From the NCBI GenBank assembly GCA_002104905.1, contig MCFE01000645.1, forward strand, positions 1 to 50,107: a stretch of DNA of 50,107 nucleotides, in the 5' to 3' direction. The stretch's first letter is position 1, and each line of letters begins with the position of its first letter. The notes beneath the pieces were generated by a model. That model worked only from the letters and a program-made list of their open reading frames with translations, made no database searches and was not told the DNA's origin. Shown here one piece after another: positions 34,134-45,915 of the stretch. This DNA comes from Basidiobolus meristosporus CBS 931.73 (taxonomy: Eukaryota > Fungi > Basidiobolomycota). The position numbers and the translations under genes are program-made.

Positions 34134-35623
34134 TGTGGTGGTGTAGAGGTACTCCTGGGAGAAGCTACACAACTCAAGGTGTGTGAGGTGTCTGATGGGT
34201 GCAATAACCTCTAGGTCTAAACTGCTGGTGTCTTTGTCAGTATGTCTCTATGGTAAAAGCTCCTGCTTCTCTAGCTTCCTAGGTGCTCCAAGTGTCTCCA
34301 AAGGCCTCTGTGTGTCTTGTGCACTACCCTGAAAAGCTCCTTGATGGCAGGTCTGAGATGTACTGTTGAGGGCAGGTGCAGTGATCAGCTGCTAATCAAT
34401 AAGGTAGAAGTGTTACTGATAGAAGGGATGATTTATTGATGAGGGATTGCTTTCCCTTAAATAATTTTCCTGATTGTCAAGTGATTACTAATGACAAGGT
34501 TCTAGAAGATTCTAGGTATCAGTGGAATTCTTGATGACATCACTGTGAGCTAAAAATATGCCAAGAATGTCCTGGAAGGTTCTAAAAGGCACAGCACTCT
34601 CAACCAATCAGGAATCAGTAGTGTGAAACCTGTGCACGTAGGAATACCATATATGGTATTGAAATGGTAGGGATGGTAACACAGACCTAGGTCATGTGTC
34701 ATGGGTACTGACGCGGGTACTTGCCTTATATAGATAAATCTACTGATCACAAAGCTGAATAACATCTGGGATAACTAATGCTATTAGACTTGTTCCGTTG
34801 GATAGTGCCACATTGAGCCATGAGTGCCAAATAGTGCCATAGTGTGCCTGAGAGTCATAGCAAACCTAAACTTGGCCACAGAGTGTGACATATAGTTCTG
34901 CTTATTCATGCAAAGCAGCCCCTGTGTTTCACCTACTGTGCGGGAGAAAATCAATTTTTTTACCTTTTTTTTGAGATCAAAATTGTGCATGATGTAATAG
35001 ATCACAGACAGACTGAAGATATGCATCTGGTACATAATACCCATGGCACTCTAAATCTAGCCCCACAGGCTTGTAGCATGTCACAAAAATGCATGGCACT
35101 ATCTTGGTCCACTGGTACTATCTGGCACTATAAGTGCTTTGTATAGGTTCTACTTTAGGGCTAATATTTAAATATAGTGCCAGATAGTACCAGTGGACCA
35201 AGATAGTGCCATGCATTTTTGTGACATGCTACAAGCCTGTGGGGCAAGATTTAGAGTGCCATAGGTATTGTGTACCAGATGCATATCTTCAGTCTGTCTG
35301 TGCTCTTTTATGTCATGCACAATTTTGATCCCAAAAAAAAGGTAAAAAAATTGATTTTCTCCTGTACCGTAGGTGAAACACAGGGGCTGCTTTGCATGAA
35401 TATGAAGAGCTATATGCCACACCCTGTGGCCAAGTTTAGGTCTGCTATTACTCTCAGGCACACTATGGCACTATTTGGCACTCATGGCTCAATGTGGCAC
35501 TATCCAACGGAACAAGTCTAATAACTAATCAGGGTAAACATCATATGGGGATAATACTGATAATATGGGCAAAAGAAGAATGGGATAATACTGATAAGAT
35601 AATATGTGGATAAGTATATTATA
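34134..35623 (-). mobile_element. Family D LTR-like unit (A-related, ~750 bp) containing the nested foldback
   Basis: Shares the TGTGGTGGTGTA end and the CCAATCAGGAATCAGT and ACCATATATGGTAT blocks with A. Left flank is CCGG. The right boundary is less certain. Confidence 0.7.
34785..35520. mobile_element. 736-bp foldback element: ~347-bp inverted arms, ~42-bp spacer, termini TAGACTTGTTCC...GGAACAAGTCTA
   Basis: Arms are directly readable as a near-perfect inverted repeat; AT flanks both sides; repeated GTGCCA/TGGCAC motifs. Confidence 0.9.
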
Positions 35624-37199
35624 ATGACTTCTTGAGTGGTCAATACTTTTTCCTTAATAAGTGTTGTGCTAATGCATCTATGTCTGTCTGCTTGTCCCTA
35701 ATTGGCACTCTTCTAGCTACCTGACATCTGCTTGACATTTGTCAGGAGCTTTTGGCCCTGCTTGTATCAGGCCCTTGAGGAAGCCACATGTTTTTAGCCA
35801 TAGCACCCATGTTCTTCATCCTCTGATAGTTTCTGCTATTCTTAGGATACTTTCTTAGTATACCAATGCTGGCACAAAATCTGTTTACCTGTTAGAATCC
35901 AGCATAATGCTCATGGAACAAGTCATATGCATTGTGCTTGGCCTTGAGCTCCTGATGGTCCCATGGTATGCTGATCTCAAGGTGATATCAAGCTATACTT
36001 CTGACAGCCACTTGTATATTAGCCCACTCTTCATCAATACACTCAATGGCTTCCGAGCTCTTCAATGTCTTTTGATTTTTGGGCTTTGGTATAAACACCA
36101 TATTGTCTCCCTCCCATGATGTGATTGGTTCTTTTGTAAGCTTTATCTTTGGGCACTGTTGATATGCTTCAAAGACTGTACAGTGTTCCTCTGCTGTTAC
36201 ATTGGGAAGTGGCTCAATTCTTGGCTGTGATATTGAGCAACTTGAGCTCCTTCTTTGCAGCAAAGATAATGCTTTGTCTACTTGGGATTTTATTGCTCTA
36301 CATGTTTTATCTGCTCATCCTGCTTCTAGACTATATCCTGATTTCTCTGGGCCATTACATCTATCCTATCAGCCCTGGCACCTAATTGCTTCCTTAATGC
36401 TTTTGTATGAGCTGACAACATACTTGATAATATGGGTGGTGGTGATGTTATGACAGCCATTTGCTGGTCTTCAACTAAGGGTACTGCAATTGCTACATCC
36501 TTGTCTGCCTGAGCATAACAGTCAGCTTGTGAGTTGCAGAGGTTCTCTATTGCCAACGTGAATGAGAGCCCAAGGAGTCTGCATTATTACCTTCAGTGGG
36601 CACACTGTTAACATGGCCTTTTTTGGAAGTAGCCCTGCTTGTTGCACTGAGTTTCAAAGCAGGCTGTTGTCCTACTGTTCTTCTGCTGCCATCAGCAGTG
36701 GGGCTTTGTTGGGAGCCAGACAGCTTTGCCTCATTTTTTGGCATCATATATATGGTAGTGAGTCAATCCAAAGGGAGAATATGTTTGCAAATACATGTGT
36801 ATGTGGTGCCACAGCTTTATTCATGATGCTTACTATGGTGGGTCATCATTGAATCTTACACTCATATAGGTGCAATGTCTCAAATACAAGACTGTCTTAA
36901 ATTCACATGAGTATTGACCTGAAAGGGATATAATAGCAATACATTGTTGATGGTCAAACTGCTTACCCCATAGACAAGACTAGTTTGACCCAACACTATA
37001 AGAGAAAGGAATAAAGACCATGTGGCTATTGTAGCAAGCCTCACAGTCATGAAGCATGTAGACAGCATAGGAAGCAATAAAAGGATCATGGCCTGAGTTT
37101 TGCCACACAAGTCATATTTGACCATTCATCACTGTACCAACATTATCTTGCCGGCCAGTTGATACCTCCACATTGGCACCTTCCCTCTTTGTCACCTTG

Positions 37200-39960
37200 T
37201 GCTAATTGAGTAAGGTGAGCTAGTGATGCCTTTAGGCTCACCTCAGCCTTCTGAATATGGCATGCAGAGTGATAGACCTGACAAAGAAGGTTCACTGATG
37301 GATTGTGTGCCCATCTTCCCTGACAACAGTACCATGTATTAGCCGGGTCAAATCCCAAGATGCAATGTGAAAACGCCCATAGAAACAAATGCCAAAGATA
37401 CTTTATGGAGCCAAGTGAGCCCACTAATCCATCTACTGGTGAATGATGAAATGATGTGGCCAGAGAAGTGGCATGTTTCCACCAATATCAGTAATGGGGG
37501 CTTTGAGTATTTATTACTACTTCTTGCCAAAATAATTCCAGGATGCAACTTACCATGTATATGGTACAAGTGGACAACCGTCATATGGCTGACAACATAT
37601 GATCCAGGGACTGTCCTGATTCCAGCATGTGTTAACAGTTACATGGCATTCACATGCAAAAATGCTACCATTGTAATGTGTGCATATTGTCAGGAATCCA
37701 CCACCATTGCGGGAAAACATGGTTCACATTTTGGATATATTCTGGTACTACCCTGTCTGAGGAAGCTAATGCAGTCCAACAAATATTACAAGGCTATACA
37801 GTACTGCACTCAGTATCAATGAAGCGCAAACATATCTGATATATATGATGGCAAACATTACAAACAGCTAAGGAGTAAGGCTACTTTGAAGGTACATATG
37901 ACCTTACCATTGTGGTTGTGTATAAGTCCAAGGGAGAGATGCATCCAACACTTCTCAAGTGTTTTGTGTGTGGGGTGTTCACTGGGTGCAATAAACTCTG
38001 GCAAAAGCTTGCTAGGAATACTTGGGTTCTGTCTCTAATCTAATGTGAAAGGGATTAAAGCCACAAGCTTGTCAAGGGAAAACTATTGAGCTACAATCCC
38101 CAACTTAGTTGGCGTCTTAACAAAAGTATGTGCTGGGTTCAGCATCCTGTGAAATGACAATGTACTAAAGCTTCCAAAGTCAAAACAACTGTAAACTCCA
38201 CCAGCAGGGACTTGATAAGAATGCAGCTGTGGTCAATAGTTACAAATACAGAAAAGTATTGTTGCCTGTACAAGAACAAACTTGGGAAAGAATCAATTAT
38301 AATAAAAGATACCTACTCTGAGTATCCCTCACTAGTAGGGCCTCCAAGGTCAGTTGGCTGTCAGTGCAGTTTCCTGGGAGTGTCCTGTGGTCTGGGGTTG
38401 GAAATTCAGCTAGCAGCAGGTAGCAGTGATCACACTAATCAACAAGTTGGTATATTGATAAAAGGGATGATGATTTATTGTTGAGGGATAGCCTCCCTTA
38501 TATACATTTCTCACTGGCTAAGTGACTACTAATCATGGTGTTCCAGAAGGTTCTGGATATCAATAGAAATCTTAATGACATCAGAATGACCTAAGAATCT
38601 TCTAAGTAGGTGCTGGAAGGTTCTAAGAGGTACAGCACATCCAACCAATCAGGAATCAATATTCTGAAACCTGTGTAACATATGGACACCATAGATGGTA
38701 TGGAAATGGTAGGGATGGTGGCATGGGTTAATCATGTGTCACCGGTACAGGCGCAGGTACTTGCCTAATATAGAAGCAGTTATAGCTGGTATTCCTACAT
38801 AAAGTGAGGGGTAACTTATGCAATAAGGTAAGCAGGTGTGATAGTCATCCGGCTTATGGGATAGTACGGATTGGGTAAGACAAATTGGATAAAACTATAA
38901 TAAGTGTAGTAGAGATATAGGGAAGTAGAAAATATGGGAATGAGCACACCTGTCAGTGGGTGTCACTGTCACCCCACTACACTGTTGCCTTAGCACTTGA
39001 TGAATTCTCATTAAAGAAGTACTGGATCAGCAAATTCTGCTGGCCACATATTCTCTTCAATGAGAATCTGCCACCCTTCTCACAGTATCAGAGCAATAGT
39101 CCAATGGTAATCTCTGTGGTATTGGGGCCTAAATAACTGCACAATCTGGATAGCTACCTGTATCCATTGCAGGATGCATTTTGTATGCTTTGCAGCAGGA
39201 TATCAGTAAATAGCTGTCATTTAAAAGTGTACATTATTATCTGCATTGGAGATGCCCCAGCCATCAGCCAGAGGGCAGGTTCTTTCTGGCACAATGGATG
39301 GTATTGCTGTTGAATGTGTGAGATCCAGGGGATTTATTCCATAGCTCCCACACATTATTATTGCTCTAACACCCAAACTAGAAACATCATCTTCTCACAG
39401 AGAAAACATACAGAGGTAAGCAGGCAATTGCAGCAAAGTTGGCAAGCTATAAGCCATTGGCCAGAATATGGAGTCAATCAGAAGCCAGAGATACTTAAGA
39501 TAGAGGGTATCTGTCAGAGCAAAAGTTTTACTCTGGGAGCAATGCATTGGCTTTTCAACAAGATCCTTACACTGATGACCAAGTTATACATGGGGCATTT
39601 CAAGCTAAATGAGCACTTCAAGATACCAGAAATTTTTGAAAGAATTGGCAAGATACTAGAGAGTATCTGATGCACTAAGTACTTTTCATGGGCTCCAATC
39701 AATATTCATATGCATATGCAACAGTACCAGTGCAAAGACTGGATGAACTGGATATGTATTTATTCAAGTGGCACTCTGAAGCCATTCCTACCAAGAGTAC
39801 ATTGGAAGCATTGGGAGCTGTATGTGGACATTGCGGGAATATTTATCCATAAGTGGATTACCAATAGTGTTAGTTTGCGATCTGCCATAAGATTGTTAAG
39901 AGGGTCACTAATTCCAAGCTGCTGATACTATGACAGTCTCTAAGCAGGATCCTGACAGCT
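37200..39960 (+). pseudogene. tnp2/Transposase_21-like transposase, interrupted by A6, 3' third deleted
   Basis: ACVNSYMAFT...CAYC; DIYDGKHY; DLTVALALDEF; WPHILFNENLPP; GDAPAI...HNGWYCC.MCEIQG; DWMNWICIYS. Confidence 0.85.
37911..38981 (-). mobile_element. Complete family A unit A6
   Basis: Flanks CCAT (37907-10) and CTGT (38982-85), i.e. decayed CCGT. Removing the unit and one flank restores in-frame D-L-T-V-A-L-A-L-D. Confidence 0.9.
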
Positions 39961-39989
39961 GATCTGGATTGGATCCACCTGCAGGACCA

Positions 39990-41057
39990 AATTATTTTTC
40001 TTAGGGTATGTGAGAAGATATATAGCAAGACAAGTCTTAAAATCAGAAATGAGCTGAGAGTGAGGGGATTTGATGAGGAAGCTGCTTGCAAAAAATTCTG
40101 CATGCACTTTGCACAGTACAGGCTGGACATGTCCGTTTTTGCCCCAACTTTGGGAGCCAAAGAGATATTGAACAAGTTTTTGCCTTGAATGACTAATGTA
40201 CTACATGATATATTAGTAGAGCTAAGTGGCTTACAAGAGCAATACACACATGACTCATCAAGGCATCAGTTCCAAAGTGTCAGACAGAGGGCAAGTGAAT
40301 ACCTTGAGGAATCAAAAGGTGAACTTCAAGTTGAAGAATACAGACCCCAAGCAACTGCATCCAGATAATACAAGCATACCTTGTTGATTCCTTACCATCT
40401 GCTGCAATGTTGGCATGCCAGCACATGTCAGTCCAATCTATACCAATACCCTTCACAAGAGCACCCTGTAATGAGTCAACATGTGTCATGTCAATGAGTG
40501 CATGCTTGTGAGCAAAACTAACAGAACTCACCAAACTGTTCATGTAGACAAAAGATCATTGGAGCAGGCCAAGTTGTGTCAGCATGTTACATCACATCAA
40601 ACTCAGCTACGGGCTATGCTAGTGTATTAAGTTGCACCAGCTTGTGCTGGCATACCTGAACATCAGTAAGTTAATTCTGGTGAATTGACTAACAATGACC
40701 CACATGAAGTGCCTCCACCACCAGAGCCTTTGGCATGCAAAAGAACATGTTAGAGCACAGCACTTCAGGCTGGTTCCATTATATCTTCTGAATCAATTCA
40801 GAGCACTAAGCTCCAGTGTTGCACTCATCAACATGGAGGTAAAAAATTGACTACAAGAGCACAAGTAACTAAGATGATAGTCAACAAGGAGATAGTTTAG
40901 GTGTGCAAGGTGAATCATTAACACATTCTTTAGTAGTAATCTCTGTGAAGAAAGTACCTAGGAGAAGATGATGCATTGAATTGTTACCATATGTCATGAT
41001 CTAAATAACACTTTTTTTGCAGTTCAAATCAAGCCATTGCAAATGAGTGACCACTGA
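39990..41057 (+). pseudogene. Family F gene 2, F0 copy, heavily decayed
   Basis: Homologous to 49110-48060 (NELRVRGFDEEAAC; ...AVQIKPLQMSDH*). Confidence 0.8.
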
Positions 41058-41744
41058 GTTTTTGTAAAAATAATATAAAGGTGGTCTCATACTTGTGATA
41101 GAGCCCTTATAATAAAACACTGCATATGTATACATCATTGTAACACAAGTGCAGCAATTTGATATGGTTCATACCCACCTGATTGGTTGCATGCTTGCAA
41201 TGACTCCTTGTCCAATTGCTAAGATCAGGGATTTATTTGCTCAATGGGCAAAATGGGATATCTGATGGCAAATCAGGTAGCATGTGTATTGGACAATAAG
41301 CCAATTGGGGGCTAAGAGCTTCAGAATACCAATAGACCAATCAGCCTTTACTATAGTGCCCAATTAGAGCGATGGTCACCAAAATGGTAAGTATTAGTCT
41401 AGCTTACAAAGTGATACACATTTATTTCCCTTTACATTGAAGAAACATATCCAAATACCATTTTTCCCCACAACAAAAGTAGTATCTAATTGCGCAAGTG
41501 ACTTAAATATTACCAGTTAACACAATTATCTAAGCCAACCTCACAGTGACTGATTGTGCTCTAGTGTGTTGAAGTAAGCACCAGTCTGCCAGAGTGAGCC
41601 AAATTGTGCCAATATGCAACATCATGCAATTCTTAGCAAGCATTTAGATAGCCTTAGCTTGTAGTACACCAGTAGCTAAGATTATAGGTGGCAAAGGGAT
41701 AATTTAGGTGAGCAAAGTAGCTCACCACAAGATGCTTTAGTAGT

Positions 41745-44700
41745 AATCTATGGAAGTAAAAAAACTAGATAATGATGCAGTAGTATTGAGATGTTATGAT
41801 TTATCACCATCAGCATACTTGCTAATACTGGTGACGGTGATGTCATAGCGGCCACTTGCTGGTCCTCAGCCAATGGTACTTCATTTGCTACATTCTCATT
41901 TGCCTGAGCAATTTGGTCAGCTTGTGGCTCCACAGAAATTCTCCATTGCCTACTTGACTGCAAGCATTAGTGGTCTGAATTATTACCATCAGTGAGCACA
42001 TTGTCAACATGCTTTTTTTGGATGTGGCCCTGCATTGTTGCACTGAATGTCAAATCAAGCTTTTGTCTGACCTTTTTTTTGCTGCTGTCAATGGTGGGGT
42101 TTGGATGGGAACTAGTGAGCGTTGCTTTATTTTTAGTGGCAAATATATGGAAGTGAGTCCAAGCAATGGGTAGGTAGTGTTACATATACATATAGATGTG
42201 GTGCCACATCTTTATTTATAATGCTTACTCTGGTGGGTTTTCATTGAATCTTACATGCATGTAGGTGCAATGTTGCAAATACCAGACTACTTTAAACTCA
42301 AATGAGTATTGACAAAAAATCATATAAAATTGACAAGTTGCCAAGTTTTCTATAGTTTCCCCCATGGACAATACTACTTTTATTTAATACTGTAAGAGAA
42401 GGGGAAACGACCATGTGGCTATTGTAGCCAGCCTTTCTGTCATTAAGCACACTGACATCATAGAAAGTGTTATAAGGATCATGGCCAGTTTTTGCCACAC
42501 AAGTCTTATTTGACCATTTATCAGTTGCTACTGTACCAACAATATTTTGATGGCCAATTAATGCTTTTATTGCAGCACCTGGCATACTTGTAACCTTGCA
42601 GAAACTGAGCCAAGTGAGTTTGTGATGTCTTTAGGCTCACCGCAGCCTTTTAGATATGGCACACAGAGTGATAGATCTGAAGAAGAAGGCTCACTGATAG
42701 ATTGTGAGCCTATCTCCCATAACAACAATACCATGCATGAGCCCAGCAAGATCCCAAGCCTCAATGATACAACACCTGTAGAAAAAGTGCTAAGGATACT
42801 TTATGGAGCCAAGTGAGCTCAGCAATATATCTACTGGTAAATGATGTGATGTTATGGCCAAAAGAAGTGGCACCTTTCCACTAATATCAGTAATAGCAAC
42901 TTTAAGGATTACTTCTACCTCTTGTCAACATCATCCCAGAATGCAACCTACTATGTACTGGTATAGATGGACAGCCATCATGTTGCTGGCAGCATAAGAC
43001 CCAGAGACTCTCCTGATACTGGCATGTGTCAACAGTTGCATGGCATTTACATCAGAAATTGCCACCATTGCAAGGTGTCCAGCTTATCAGGAATCCACCA
43101 CCATTGGGGGAAAACATTATTCAAACTGCTGATATATTCTGTGAATACCCCATCTAAAGAAGCTTATGCAGTCTTACAAGTATTGTGAAGCTATAAAGTG
43201 CCACCCTCAGTATCAATCAAGCACAAACATTTCCAATATATTTGATGGAAAATACTACATACATCAAATAATTAAGGGCTACTCTGAAGACACGTAACAC
43301 CATGCCTTTGCCTTGGCTCTTGAGAGCTTCTCACTAAGCAAGCATCTACCAGCGAATGCTGTTGGCTGCTAATTCTCATCTTCCTGAATTAATTGCCTAA
43401 CTTATGGTATCAGAGCAAAAATCTGATGGTAGTCTTGCATGTGTCTGAGCCATAATCACAGTCCAACCTGTAGAGCTACATGTATTCATTACTAGATGAA
43501 TTTTGTATGCTGTCAAGTAGAATACCTACCCAGTGGATGTCATGCCAAGGCCATATTATTTTTAATCTTGGAGATGCCCCAGCTATCAGCAAGATAGCTG
43601 GCTGTTCTGGGCACCATGAATGGTGTTGCAGTTAATTGTGTGAGATCCAGGGGACTTACTCCATAACTCTCACACATTATTATTTCCAATACACCAATGC
43701 TAAGAACTTCATCTTCCCCCAGAGAGAATGTAGAAATGTAAGTAAGCAATTGCAGCAAAGTTGGCAAACTATGAGCCTTTTGCTGAAATATGGAATTAAC
43801 TCAAAACTGGAGATACTCAAGATAGTGGATATCTGTTGGAGCAATAGCTTTCCACTGGGAGCAATGCATTTGCTTTTCAGCAGTATGCCTATATTGATGA
43901 CCAAGTTCTACATGGAGCATTTTAAGCAAAATGAGCCTTTTGAAATACCAGAGAATTTTGAAAGAATTGGCTAGACAGTGCAGAGTATCCCCTACCCTAA
44001 GTACTTCTCATGGGCATCAATCAATACTCTTGCACATATGCAATAATACCTATGCAAGGACAGAATGATCTGAATATTCATTGATTCTGGTGGCCTTCCG
44101 AAGCTATTTCTGCCAAGTGTACTTTGGAAGCATTAGGAGGCATATGCTGACATTGTACAAATTTCTATCCAGGAGCAGATCACTAATACCAGCTAGACAC
44201 ATCTACAGCTTTTGTGCAAGGGGTGTAAGACATGATTTGAGCAGCTATACTGCAAATACAAAGCTGAATGCCTGGACCTTGGTTGTTACTGTATCCATTC
44301 TCTGCCCCATCTTGCTTGGTGTTTGGAGAATATTAGGCTTTGCTTTGCAATTTGGGAGATTCCTATGGAGTGGATGTGTTACCTGATAGGAAGATGTGGT
44401 AAATAGCAGGTACTACCATATCCCTATCTTGTAAAGAATATTACCTTCAAGTCTGTGATGGATGTGATGAGTTGCCACATGGAGGACAGCCAGGAAAAGT
44501 TGTAAAATAATTAGTACAGATGTGCACATGGAGACACCTATGCCTATGGCATTAGGAAGCTAAGCAACCCCAATGTGTGGGTAATCAGTTAAGTAATGCA
44601 AAGTTGGGTTCAATACAACAAGCAGCTAATTTTCATTAGGACAACTGTACCAAGGTATGCTGGGCTTCTCTTGGTTGCAAGCTGTTTTCTATACTATCCA

Positions 44701-44867
44701 AAATAGAATTCACACAAGGAAGAGCCAGAGTGCACCTGTAAGGGGGACTAGAATCCACCAGGGAGAAGGGATATATAAGCTAAGTACCAAAATGTTCATA
44801 GCAGAAATTCAGGAGGTATTCATGGTAAATGTATCTACAACCAAACATATGCTTACAGGATGTATAT
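41745..44867 (+). mobile_element. Family F copy F3: gene3 5' part(-), intergenic region, tnp2 transposase remnant(+) ~42600-44700; cut by C4
   Basis: GDAPAISKIAGCSGHHEWCC.LCEIQG; HSLPHLAWCLENIRLCFAIWEIPMEWMC (DUF4218-like LLH...P.....F.MER). The intergenic region aligns with 36750-37200. Confidence 0.8.
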
Positions 44868-45749
44868 TGTCATGATCACATGAGTTCCCTGGTGTCTTAC
44901 ACTCTTGCTAATTCAGCTTGGTATGAAATCCCAGTTCCTTTCAGAAAGTTTTCCTACATTCTAGCAACTTCTGGAAAGTTCCAAGTCAACATTAGACAAT
45001 GGAATATTCTATGGAAGTTTCCATTTGGAGTTTAGGTAGCTCAATACCATATTTGGTAATTGCATGTCACATGACCTTGTCATATGTTCAGCTGACCACT
45101 GACATATGCCCATGGGATATTCTAGTCTGTACTTTAGTATATTTCTATCTTGTCACACCTACTGAGCCTCACACCAGAACCCCTTCAATATTAGCCAATA
45201 TCTCTTAGCATCCATATTGCCAAAAGTATATTTAGTCCTATTCTGCCCTTACATATTCCTCAGTCTGATAAACACAGGTTGTGAATAAACAGACTTGCCT
45301 TAGAAATCCTCCTTGCCTTGTTGATTCATATCTAAGTCCTTTTCTGGTCCTGTCTTACCTAGCTCTACTCACCTGCTATGTGTCTATTCATAACAGTTTA
45401 ATCAGACTACACTTGACTTACCTGTGAATCTCTGCCTTCTACCCAAAGTTCTTGAGAAGAGTTTGCAAAGGAATACCCACTGTACGTATCACCCTGAATC
45501 TTTCCCTAGTCTTGCCCTCTGATGGCAAAGATACTCTATCTTTGTAAAATTATTGGCCAAACCTGCATTCACTTTATTACCCTGCTGGTGTAGTTTACAA
45601 TTGTTAAAGTAACAAAAGCTTCAGTACAATGCTCTATTAAAGGATTTTAAAGCAAATACCTTCTGAAGTGATGCAAGCTTATTTAAGGTTGGGGATTGCG
45701 GCTCAACAATTGTGTTCTTGACAAACAAGTGTCTTTATAAGCCGCATAT
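44868..45749 (+). mobile_element. Family C LTR (44868-45723) plus ~26 nt of leader (C4)
   Basis: TGTCATGATCACATGA...TTCTTGACA, colinear with 22444-23325. Confidence 0.85.
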
Positions 45750-45911
45750 TGCCTGTGAAATATTGTTTTGATGATCCTGTCAGAAGGCAATTACAAATTC
45801 AATGTCCTGTAACTATGAGGTACTGATCCTGTTGAGACACCAGGTTGAGAAAGTTAAAAAGTAATAGCACCCCAGATCTCACAAAGAACTTAGTCAAGAT
45901 TTCTCATCTCA
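45750..45911. repeat. ~160-bp family E unit
   Basis: TGCCTGTG...CTCATCTCA; aligns with 32690-32851. Confidence 0.5.
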
Positions 45912-45915
45912 GTAA

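Larger units (their letters stand above)
33715..36750 (-). pseudogene. Family F gene 3 (unknown function), divergent from the transposase, interrupted by D
   Basis: ORF pieces 36547-36747, 36326-36556 and 35988-36263 continue through stops to ...LAVPAEDQDVWEPVNEQ*. The frame rejoins across D (KK|PEQTES). The 5' part is repeated at 41745-42150. Confidence 0.6.
33715..41720 (+). mobile_element. Family F tnp2 (CACTA/EnSpm-like) DNA transposon F0: gene3(-), transposase(+), gene2(+), terminal region; left end not found
   Basis: Gene order is repeated at 41745-44867. The terminal region 41060-41720 is the reverse complement of 47409-48060. Confidence 0.75.

Noticed and set aside
34771-35529. 9-bp duplication ATAACTAAT or 4-bp TAAT around the foldback, suggesting Mutator/Academ-like origin
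   Set aside because: The 9-bp model leaves 5 unexplained nt (GCTAT) and the 4-bp model needs a mismatched TIR end. The shared TAGACTTGTTCC start with F2 favours a 2-bp AT flank. Not fully excluded.
43405-43416. TGGTATCAGAGC, identical to the plant tRNAi-Met PBS
   Set aside because: It lies inside tnp2 coding sequence (LWYQSK, homologous to SQYQSN at ~39083) with no adjacent LTR end.
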